Shown here in pieces: positions 1-6,874 of a stretch of 12,649 bases of DNA. Below the pieces are notes generated by a model. It was not told the DNA's origin. It ran no database searches and saw only the letters and a program-made list of their open reading frames with translations. The DNA lies in IMG/VR virus record IMGVR_UViG_2974724611_000001, positions 1-12,649 of that record, one strand, 5' to 3'. Positions within the stretch are counted from its first letter, which is position 1, and the number at the start of each line of letters is the position of its first letter. This DNA comes from Cinqassovirus ah1. Its lineage: Duplodnaviria; Heunggongvirae; Uroviricota; Caudoviricetes; Straboviridae. The translations under genes and the position numbers were made by a program.

Positions 1-2199
1 TTATTTTGCGACTTCTACGATGTTTTTAGCGATTGCATCTTTCAGGTCATAGATCTGATTGAGATACCCAATGATCAGAGGGTTATTCTTCTCAAATTCG
101 CGAACTTTCGCATAAGCGCGGTCAGTTGCTTCCTTAACGAGTTTGGATACAACTTCGTTAAGAGTACGTTGTTTGGCGTCTTTCAAGTCGGAACGAGAAT
201 CACGAACCAACAGCAGGAATTCACCGATATCGCTACGTTGACCATTATGACCACACAGATCGTCAGTCAGCGGCTTAGTGATTGGGTTAGATGCCAAACG
301 GTTGATCCAACGCTCATTCACAGTAACACCGAAGTGATCCATAGTGACTTTGCCCATCTGATCCACAACATAATCGGTAACCATGGACTCGTTAAACTGC
401 TCGATATTCTTGTTTTTATCTGCCCGTGCCCAGTGTTGGGACTTGAAGACATAAACAGTTTTACCTTCCAGTTTAGACCAAGTTTTAATGATTCGATCAT
501 TGAACGTGGTAACGGTTTTCCAGTTATCGTATTTTTCGCGAGTCTTGCCGTTTTTCAGAGTCTCGGTAGTGATCGTCGGAGTAGCAATCTTGAGGTAGCC
601 ATATTCATGGGCACACCAGATAACATCTTTCAGATCATCGATATCTTCGACATACATCTGGACTTCGGATGTAACGCCGTTCTCGTATTTTACAACGTTA
701 GTTGCCTTACCGGTACGCTTCTTAGGCTGAATAAAGCCTTTGTCCTTCATTTCTTTCAGAACTTCCGCACGTACTTTAGACAACAGAATGACTTTACCGT
801 CTTTCATCCGAGTTGGGAAATATTTCAGGTATTCGACCATGTTTTCGCGATTCGCTTTTCCAACGGTAATGCTTTTCGGATCTTTCTCGTCAACCTTTGC
901 GTTGGAGAATACATCAAAAACGAATGCTCCTTCAACTCGGAATTTGTTCAGACGATCAAGTCCGTACATAACTTCGGCAGCACCGGTTTTTAGATCGTTG
1001 ATAATCACCGGGCGGAAACTTGAGCCAAAGCTAATATCTACGCCGTTTGACCAACGCTGTTTAACCTTACGAACAGTACCAGCACCAACACTCGCACGAA
1101 CGATAGGAACATCTGTATGCGGACGAGTATATGAACTCAGTTGTGCTTTCCACTGCTCGATAGTTTTCTTGCGGAACACACGCTTTTGAATCATACGTTG
1201 CCATACTTCGGCAGGGAATCTGCCCATCATATGCGAATGCAGCTCACGAATATCTTTGCATTTTTTGAATGCGTCGTCAATCTCTACTTCGTGAACTTTG
1301 TTCAAAAGTTTCATCCGCTTATCGATTGACGCGATGGTGTCCGGATCCAATGACAGTTCTTCACGGCTCGGAGTCATATCCAGTTCGCCAATTTCAAAGC
1401 GAACATAATAAGTCTTACGAGCGGCATACAACCCAATCATGGTGTTGTTCCAGTATTCAGCCGGAATCGGATACACTACACCACCCATAACAGCGAATAC
1501 GCCGTTGCCGTGCTGTGAGTAGTAATTTCCGTCAATCTTGCAAATACCGTCTTTGTCAAACTCAAGGTAGTTTACCGTGATCGGCTTGCCAATGAAACGA
1601 GGACGATACTCACCAAACGAACAGAATACGCGCTTGGCTTCTGCTTCCCAAGTATTCATGTCGTTAGACACGGGAACAGTAACTTCAACGCCAGTGTGTT
1701 CGGAAGAATCTTCCTCATACATTTTCATGATATTCGGTTCGCCGTTTTTCATGAATGCACTGAAAATCATTTTCTTGCCACCGAACCAAGAAGTAACGGT
1801 GAAAGTATCAGTGTATGCAAACGGAGATTTACATCCCAAGCCGAAACCACCAATTTCATCGTTACTGTTGGACTTGGTACTTGCAAAGTAAGTGCAGTAA
1901 AGTCCGGTAACATCTTCCTCACTCAGACCAATACCGTAATCACGGACGCTGAATTGTTGATTCAACATGCTCGGAAGAGTAACGTCGAAAGTCTTACTAA
2001 CTTCTACGCCAGTTCGTTTCAGAGCGATGTGGCCATCTACGGCGTTGCAACACAGTTCGCGAATGATCGCACGTTGCTTGTATTTGTACAAAGAGCTGGA
2101 CAGAATCTTGAATGCCTTTGCACTCGCCAGAATCTTAAAGCCAGAACTTTGATCTGCCGCGCTTCCGTAAATCTCGGTTTGTTCTTGATGAATTTTCAT
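1..2199 (-). CDS. rIIA: rIIA protein (T4-like), complete, 732 aa
   Basis: GHKL-like N-terminus matches T4 rIIA motifs: KILSSSLYKYKQRAIIRELCCNAVDG, RDYGIGL, YFASTKSNSNDEIGGFGLGCKSPFAYTDTFTVTSW, later GELDMTPSREEL. Length and position downstream of gene 60/39 fit. Stop TAA at 3-1. Confidence 0.93.
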   Translation of the reverse strand: MKIHQEQTEIYGSAADQSSGFKILASAKAFKILSSSLYKYKQRAIIRELCCNAVDGHIALKRTGVEVSKTFDVTLPSMLNQQFSVRDYGIGLSEEDVTGLYCTYFASTKSNSNDEIGGFGLGCKSPFAYTDTFTVTSWFGGKKMIFSAFMKNGEPNIMKMYEEDSSEHTGVEVTVPVSNDMNTWEAEAKRVFCSFGEYRPRFIGKPITVNYLEFDKDGICKIDGNYYSQHGNGVFAVMGGVVYPIPAEYWNNTMIGLYAARKTYYVRFEIGELDMTPSREELSLDPDTIASIDKRMKLLNKVHEVEIDDAFKKCKDIRELHSHMMGRFPAEVWQRMIQKRVFRKKTIEQWKAQLSSYTRPHTDVPIVRASVGAGTVRKVKQRWSNGVDISFGSSFRPVIINDLKTGAAEVMYGLDRLNKFRVEGAFVFDVFSNAKVDEKDPKSITVGKANRENMVEYLKYFPTRMKDGKVILLSKVRAEVLKEMKDKGFIQPKKRTGKATNVVKYENGVTSEVQMYVEDIDDLKDVIWCAHEYGYLKIATPTITTETLKNGKTREKYDNWKTVTTFNDRIIKTWSKLEGKTVYVFKSQHWARADKNKNIEQFNESMVTDYVVDQMGKVTMDHFGVTVNERWINRLASNPITKPLTDDLCGHNGQRSDIGEFLLLVRDSRSDLKDAKQRTLNEVVSKLVKEATDRAYAKVREFEKNNPLIIGYLNQIYDLKDAIAKNIVEVAK

Positions 2200-2244
2200 T
2201 GTTTACTCTCATAGTTGGCATAATATATTCCTCACATAACATCA

Positions 2245-2266
2245 GAAAGTGGCTGATTTCAGCCAC
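2245..2266 (-). terminator. Hairpin / possible weak or bidirectional intrinsic terminator upstream of rIIA
   Basis: Minus strand GTGGCTG-AAAT-CAGCCAC followed by TTTCT, just after the stop of ORF 2271-2558. The plus strand is followed by AGTTTTATTT. Confidence 0.5.
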
Positions 2267-2270
2267 AGTT

Positions 2271-2558
2271 TTATTTGAACGCTGCGAAAGTTGCTTCGGC
2301 TTGTTTCTTGAAAACCCAGTCCAGAAATTCTGCCTCAGTTTTCAACTCACTCAACATAATGCCATCATAAGTGCTGTTGGCCCATCTGTCAAATGTTTTT
2401 TCGTGCTCGCTGATCTCAAACATGCCATCGCAAGCAACACGGAATCGAAACAGACCGTTTTTAGAAACTGGATAAAACTTATCCCACTTCCGGTCTTTAC
2501 CAATCTTTAGCCAAGCTTTCTTGCACCAGTGCTTATACTGTTTAGGTAGTTTTGTCAT
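2271..2558 (-). CDS. Hypothetical protein, 95 aa, basic and Trp-rich
   Basis: ATG at 2558 overlaps the upstream TAA (TAATG coupling); fits the co-directional gene string. No family recognised. Confidence 0.7.
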   Translation of the reverse strand: MTKLPKQYKHWCKKAWLKIGKDRKWDKFYPVSKNGLFRFRVACDGMFEISEHEKTFDRWANSTYDGIMLSELKTEAEFLDWVFKKQAEATFAAFK

Positions 2559-2869
2559 TACAGATACTCGTCAAACCAACGCTCGCCCAGCTCTTCCAAA
2601 TCGACTTCGTAACCGAAGATCAAATTCAGATTCGCGGTTTTGTGGGTAATCTCGCTAGTCTCTTTCAGGGATTCGCGGAACTTCTTGACTTCTTTTTTCA
2701 CGGTATGCAGAACTTTGATTTCGTGTTCTTCACAATACACTTCCCATTCACCGAACTTTTCATCGATGAACTTGATAAACTTCTCACGGAGAAAAGTCAT
2801 CTTGCCGATTTTAATGCACGGGCTGATTTTCTTAGAGATATCGCCCAAATTCTTAGTCAGATTACCCAT
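2558..2869 (-). CDS. Hypothetical protein, 103 aa
   Basis: Overlaps the CYTH gene end by 13 nt and is coupled to the next ORF. No family recognised. Confidence 0.7.
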   Translation of the reverse strand: MGNLTKNLGDISKKISPCIKIGKMTFLREKFIKFIDEKFGEWEVYCEEHEIKVLHTVKKEVKKFRESLKETSEITHKTANLNLIFGYEVDLEELGERWFDEYL

Positions 2870-3345
2870 TGTTGATTCAACACCTTTTTAGAAGCTTTAT
2901 TAGCCATACGACGGTTATTATAACGCTTGTCGCCCGTTACTTCAAGTCCAATCCACTTAGGAAGCGGGAGAATTTCTTCATTTTCGTGAGCAATCTCAAT
3001 CTCTGCAAGCTTAAACCCTTCATAGGGATAGCTCTGGAACTCGTCCATTTCGATCTTATGCTTACCATGCTGATAGACGCTACGTTGTTTTTTCAACACG
3101 CCACCAACCGGAGCACGACGTTTGGCAAACTCATAGATGAACTTGGGAATACGTGTTTCCAGTTCAATCTTACTCATACCTTTACCGAACTTCATATTCC
3201 AGAAGTAGCTAGAAATACCGTGGTGTTGCTTACGGAAACGCAGCTTACCGAGATAAAACTGCTCGATCTCTAACCGACGAATCGGTTCATCTTCGATTAC
3301 TACGTCCGGATTTAACAGATACTTACGTTCAATTTCAAGTAACAT
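2857..3345 (-). CDS. CYTH-domain (triphosphate tunnel metalloenzyme) protein, 162 aa
   Basis: N-terminal ExExK motif (EIERKYLL), LRFRK, IELETRI, KKQRSVY, IEMDEF, LAEIEI and WIGLEVTGDKRYNNRRMA, all typical of small bacterial CYTH proteins. SD AAGGAGAG precedes ATG 3345. Confidence 0.88.
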   Translation of the reverse strand: MLLEIERKYLLNPDVVIEDEPIRRLEIEQFYLGKLRFRKQHHGISSYFWNMKFGKGMSKIELETRIPKFIYEFAKRRAPVGGVLKKQRSVYQHGKHKIEMDEFQSYPYEGFKLAEIEIAHENEEILPLPKWIGLEVTGDKRYNNRRMANKASKKVLNQQWVI

Positions 3346-3372
3346 ACGCTCTCCTTTTCAAAGCATGGAACG

Positions 3373-3401
3373 ATTCTACACTTTGAAAAAGAGGGTGTCA
3401 A
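3373..3401 (-). promoter_or_regulatory. Sigma70-type (early) promoter for the CYTH-rIIA gene string
   Basis: TTGACA (3401-3396), 17 nt spacer, TAGAAT (3378-3373). Confidence 0.82.
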
Positions 3402-3408
3402 CCCTCTT
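3386..3408 (-). terminator. Intrinsic terminator after the topoisomerase gene
   Basis: AAGAGGGT-TGAC-ACCCTCTT-TTT on the minus strand; the gp60 stop codon TGA lies in the loop. Confidence 0.75.
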
Positions 3409-4030
3409 CCTCTTCAAAAACGATATCATCATCGAAACCAAGCCATTTCTTGCGCTTGTGTTCGTCGTCGCCAAATAGCATTTCCAACATTTCGGCAGTT
3501 TGATCGTCGATAACAACTTGTTCCAACACGAGATTTTCAATACATTGTTTGTATTCGCAATCATCGCCCTCAACAGTCAAAGAACCCAGTCCTTTGATGT
3601 GTCGATGTGTCCACTTGCCGTCGAACTTCTTGGCTCTAAACTCGTCGCGAGAATAGCTCCAATCAGTCTTCTTGCCGTTTGTGCTGATATACTCAGGAGT
3701 CCGAACAATGTAAATTCGTCCTTGATCGAACCAATGTGGCCAATACTTGTAGAAAAACGCAATAGCCAACATAGCGATAGAACCCTTACCGTCTTGATCC
3801 GCGTCTGTCATGATAGCAATTTCGCTATATGCGGGCGCTTCTTTCGAACGGAGTTCTACGTTGAGAATACCAAGTAGATCTGCAATCTCTTTGTTTTTCA
3901 ACACTTCATGATCAGGCAAATTCCATACGTTCAGCATCTTACCACGCAGGGGATACGAGCCTTGTGTTTCTTCGTTGCGGAATCGAGTGAACGGACCAAT
4001 AGCCGAATCACCTTCTGCAAGGAACAACAT
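3398..4030 (-). CDS. 60: DNA topoisomerase II large subunit, C-terminal TOPRIM part (gp60-like plus the gp39 TOPRIM start); probably one gene with 4072-5238
   Basis: LFLAEGDSAIG, YPLRGKMLN, IAIMTDADQDG, RHIKGLGSL and EMLFGDD..RKKWL motifs of type IIA topoisomerase B-subunits. Confidence 0.92.
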   Translation of the reverse strand: MLFLAEGDSAIGPFTRFRNEETQGSYPLRGKMLNVWNLPDHEVLKNKEIADLLGILNVELRSKEAPAYSEIAIMTDADQDGKGSIAMLAIAFFYKYWPHWFDQGRIYIVRTPEYISTNGKKTDWSYSRDEFRAKKFDGKWTHRHIKGLGSLTVEGDDCEYKQCIENLVLEQVVIDDQTAEMLEMLFGDDEHKRKKWLGFDDDIVFEEEEG

Positions 4031-4071
4031 AGTTTTAACTCTACCTAGACCAGCCGCTGCAACGTGTTTAG

Positions 4072-5238
4072 CTACGTTTGCTTTCTTTGCTTTCTTCTGG
4101 CTTTAGTTGCCGCGGCTTTATCTGCCGCTTCTTTCTTTGCCAGCGCAGACGCAATAATCGGGTCAATCACTTCTGGAGTTTTCAGAATCTTGCGAGCAAG
4201 AGCCTTATAATCCAAATTCATATGGTCACGAATCTGTGCCCATGGAGAACTCAGTCGCTCTTTTGTCTGACCGTCATACTTCGGCGCTACCAGATTACGA
4301 ATAAACAAGCCAATAAGCAAGCATTCTTTGATACGAGCCTTATTGATTTCGATCTTGTGCTGACGCTTGATCATCGGAATCAGTTCGTCGCTCAGAGAGT
4401 CCAACACGCCATAAACGTGATTACCACCCTGCTTTGTGTGAACACCGTTAACAAAGCTCAGTTGTCTGTATTCTTCGGAAGTCGCAAAGAACAAGCTAAC
4501 GTTTTCATCGTTGTGGCTTACAACATCACCAAATTGTGCAGCGAATTTGTTGAACTTACCTTCAACTTTCTTGCCGTTATACTTGAAAGTAATCTGCGGG
4601 AAGTTTACGGCAAGAGTCAACAGTCTGGACTGAATAACTTGCTCGAAATCTTCATCAAGCTGGAACACACCAAATCTGGTGAAATCAGGAACAAACGTTA
4701 CAGTCGTGCCCTTGAATTTACCTGCTTTAGTTGTGTAACTTACTTCATCCGCGTTGTTTGTGCAACGTACAGTTACGGTATTTGTGCCGTTACCGGTTTC
4801 ACCAACGAAACTATCAGAGAAAAAGTTAGTTAACGCGGATCCAACACCGTTTTTACCGATAGTCTTGCGATCTGCGGAGAAGTTAGAGCCAGCGCGAGCG
4901 CGAGTCCAAGCAGCAAGTGGCAACGGTACTTCAACACCTTCCGGAGTGACTACCATACCCTGAGGCAAACCACGACCGTTATCTTTCACTGATACCTGAT
5001 TGTCTTTAATAGACACTTCGATTTGATTGGCATGTTCGAAGTTAGTCCGAATTGCTTCATCCACACAGTTATCGATTACTTCATCCGTGATCTTGACTAG
5101 ACCTGGAATATAACCAATCGGAACAAACTTGCCATCCACAAGAACATCGTGAACCTCTAGGCTCGTACTCCCGATGTACATGTCCGTATTGATAAGGCAG
5201 TGTTCTTTGTCGGATAAAACTTTAAACTCTTGTGACAT
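4072..5238 (-). CDS. 39: DNA topoisomerase II large subunit, N-terminal ATPase/transducer part (gp39); frame breaks near 4099
   Basis: LSDKEHCLINTDMYIGS, EVIDNCVDEAIR, VKDNGRGLPQ, AGSNF, GKNGVGSALTN, SFVNGVHTKQGGNH, YDGQTKERL. SD AAGAGG precedes ATG 5238. Confidence 0.93.
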   Translation of the reverse strand: MSQEFKVLSDKEHCLINTDMYIGSTSLEVHDVLVDGKFVPIGYIPGLVKITDEVIDNCVDEAIRTNFEHANQIEVSIKDNQVSVKDNGRGLPQGMVVTPEGVEVPLPLAAWTRARAGSNFSADRKTIGKNGVGSALTNFFSDSFVGETGNGTNTVTVRCTNNADEVSYTTKAGKFKGTTVTFVPDFTRFGVFQLDEDFEQVIQSRLLTLAVNFPQITFKYNGKKVEGKFNKFAAQFGDVVSHNDENVSLFFATSEEYRQLSFVNGVHTKQGGNHVYGVLDSLSDELIPMIKRQHKIEINKARIKECLLIGLFIRNLVAPKYDGQTKERLSSPWAQIRDHMNLDYKALARKILKTPEVIDPIIASALAKKEAADKAAATKARRKQRKQT

Positions 5239-5273
5239 TTATACCTCTTATATGTGGAGCACTTAGACTCCAC

Positions 5274-5302
5274 ATTATACACAAAAAATCGATTAGGTAA
5301 AC
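5274..5302 (-). promoter_or_regulatory. T4-early-type promoter for gene 39
   Basis: GTTTAC (5302-5297), 17 nt spacer, TATAAT (5279-5274). GTTTAC is the T4 early -35 consensus. Confidence 0.82.
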
Positions 5303-5303
5303 G

Positions 5304-5803
5304 TTAGATTACCTGTTTCTTCCACTTTTCGCTTTTGCTGATAATAGCATTAACGATCATTTCACGCGCTTTGTCGGCAACAAGTGCTTCATCTACCTTG
5401 GTACCTAGTTCTTTTGAAAGTCGCTCGTACAACTCAACGTAAACAAGGTCGACGCCGCTGATAATCAGATCTGCGATCTCACAATGCAGTGGCTCTGGGT
5501 GTTGCTTATGTGGCTTGTTAATCACGGTAGCCGCTTCACCAAGCTCTTCCGTACACTTGCCCAGTACATAGTGTTGGCTACGTTGTACATCTGCAATCTG
5601 AGACGTTTCCAACACTTTGGCGATGGGGTCAACTGACTTGAGATTTTGAGCGGCATTCCAGCCATTACCCAAGTATTCCAGCAGCCACCGCGAACAATGA
5701 AACGCTGTTCTTCGTTCAGATTTTCCCAGTTGTATGCTTTCTGAAATTCTCGCTCACAATCGATGCGATTCACAGGAGCAAGACGAACATCAAGTGGAAA
5801 CAT
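5304..5803 (-). CDS. MazG-like nucleotide pyrophosphohydrolase with an N-terminal extension, apparently frameshifted near 5688 (about 166 aa if repaired)
   Basis: The C-terminal ORF has the MazG-type acidic motif KCTEELGEAA...HCEIADLII. It starts at TTG with no obvious SD, while the upstream frame has ATG 5803 with an AAGG SD. The 500 nt span plus 1 base gives 167 codons. Confidence 0.7.
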
Positions 5804-5805
5804 TT

Positions 5806-6009
5806 TTAACCCTTAATAAAAGCGTATGCACGTTTGTAGCTGGCAATGATACCGTCTACCCGAGATTCGATATCGATATCAGACGGAACACGCAGATCCA
5901 TGATCGCACGGAAGATAACTTCGCGTGAACTTTCGATCAGGTTGTACACAGTGCGATCCAGAGTGTCGATTTGTTTTTGTTCGAACTCAGTAAAAATTCT
6001 TTCTTCCAT
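5806..6009 (-). CDS. Hypothetical protein, 67 aa
   Basis: SD GAGGA, ATG 6009 overlapping the upstream TAA; co-directional. Confidence 0.75.
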   Translation of the reverse strand: MEERIFTEFEQKQIDTLDRTVYNLIESSREVIFRAIMDLRVPSDIDIESRVDGIIASYKRAYAFIKG

Positions 6010-6191
6010 TACAGTTCCTCGTTGTATTCAGTATATTCGGTGCCAGCGTCAGTAACGATTCGTTCTGCCAACGCTTTGCCGTCTTTGTCGTAAATTACAG
6101 TGGTCATTTCGCCGAAGTCATACGAAGTATGCTCAAATGCGCCTTCGACGGTAGCCAGGATTTCATTATAACGTACTTCGTTGATTTTCAT
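6009..6191 (-). CDS. Hypothetical acidic protein, 60 aa (MKINEVRY...)
   Basis: ATG 6191 follows AAGAGG and the dexA stop (6196-6194). The longer start at 6257 overlaps dexA and is unlikely. Confidence 0.75.
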   Translation of the reverse strand: MKINEVRYNEILATVEGAFEHTSYDFGEMTTVIYDKDGKALAERIVTDAGTEYTEYNEEL

Positions 6192-6193
6192 CT

Positions 6194-6874
6194 TTAGCCT
6201 CTTAAAATAGAATGTGGGTCTACATTGTCGCCAGTTGGCATTTCTTCTAGTCCCCAAGCATAACGCTTAGAGTAGATAAGCATAAGAACATCTTTTGCGG
6301 CGTCATGAATACTATCATGCTTCACGAATCCGTCAAGTGTTCCTTTCGGAAGTGGGCAAATAGTTTGCATTCTGGAGCACAAGTTTTGTTCAATTGCTGT
6401 TCTAATATCGCGTTGGCGAGAGAAGTTAACAGGTTGTTCAAAAATTGTATCATCTTGTTCAAGATACTCGGAAAGCATATCCTCGAATATCGTAAAGTCA
6501 AAGCTATTACCACGGCACCACGCGAGTGATTTCCAGTAGTCAACTTTGAAACCAGGACGTCTGATATAGTCAAAGAACTTTTCCATGCCGACGTTGATAT
6601 TAACATCATCCAAACTGGGTTTCAAGTTCTTTTTAGCATCTGGACTCTGATTCTTCCACCACTCGATTGTGGATTTCATTTTATGTCGATTTGACTGGGA
6701 TTTCAAGTCAAATTTGATCTTGATGCCACGGGACACAAGTTCTTGAAAGCTGGGAGGATTCTGAATATCCTCCCGATAAACGATAGCAGCTAGATCAATA
6801 ACTGTTGCGTTTGCTTTGTTGCTAAATGTCTCCATGTCGATGATATAATCATCGTACTCTGGAACTTGAATCAT
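6194..6874 (-). CDS. dexA: DexA exonuclease (DEDD 3'-5' exonuclease)
   Basis: YIIDMETF, VIDLA, ELVSRGIKIKFDLKSQ, STIEWWKNQS, WCRGNSFDF, QRDIRT, CPLPKGTLDGFVKHDSIHDAAKD closely match T4 DexA. Confidence 0.95.
   Translation of the reverse strand: MIQVPEYDDYIIDMETFSNKANATVIDLAAIVYREDIQNPPSFQELVSRGIKIKFDLKSQSNRHKMKSTIEWWKNQSPDAKKNLKPSLDDVNINVGMEKFFDYIRRPGFKVDYWKSLAWCRGNSFDFTIFEDMLSEYLEQDDTIFEQPVNFSRQRDIRTAIEQNLCSRMQTICPLPKGTLDGFVKHDSIHDAAKDVLMLIYSKRYAWGLEEMPTGDNVDPHSILRG

Noticed and set aside
169-2214. Plus-strand ORFs up to 274 aa opposite rIIA
   Set aside because: They are antisense shadows of a well-conserved gene, with no SD, motifs or supporting promoter.
3770-3830. T4 gene 60-type 50-nt translational bypass at the DADHDG/LGS site
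   Set aside because: The frame is continuous here (MTDADQDGKGSI) with no stop or coding gap.
4030-4072. Homing endonuclease or intron insertion splitting 39 and 60, as mobA does in T4
   Set aside because: The gap is only 41 nt and encodes the normal linker in the -1 frame, so there is no inserted DNA.
4078-4963. 251-aa and 69-aa plus-strand ORFs opposite gene 39
   Set aside because: Antisense shadows with no recognisable protein features.
5236-5243. TATAAATG at the gene 39 start resembling a late promoter
   Set aside because: It overlaps the SD spacer and ATG, so a transcript from it would lack the ribosome-binding site; likely coincidental.
5655-5682. 8-nt direct repeat GCTGGAAT near the MazG-like frame break
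   Set aside because: Short, explained by coding sequence, and at 20-nt spacing it does not account for a 1-nt loss.
6192-6257. Longer start for the 6009 ORF, and likewise the 9025 start for primase
   Set aside because: Better SD-ATG pairs exist at 6191 and 9010; the extensions overlap dexA or a terminator.
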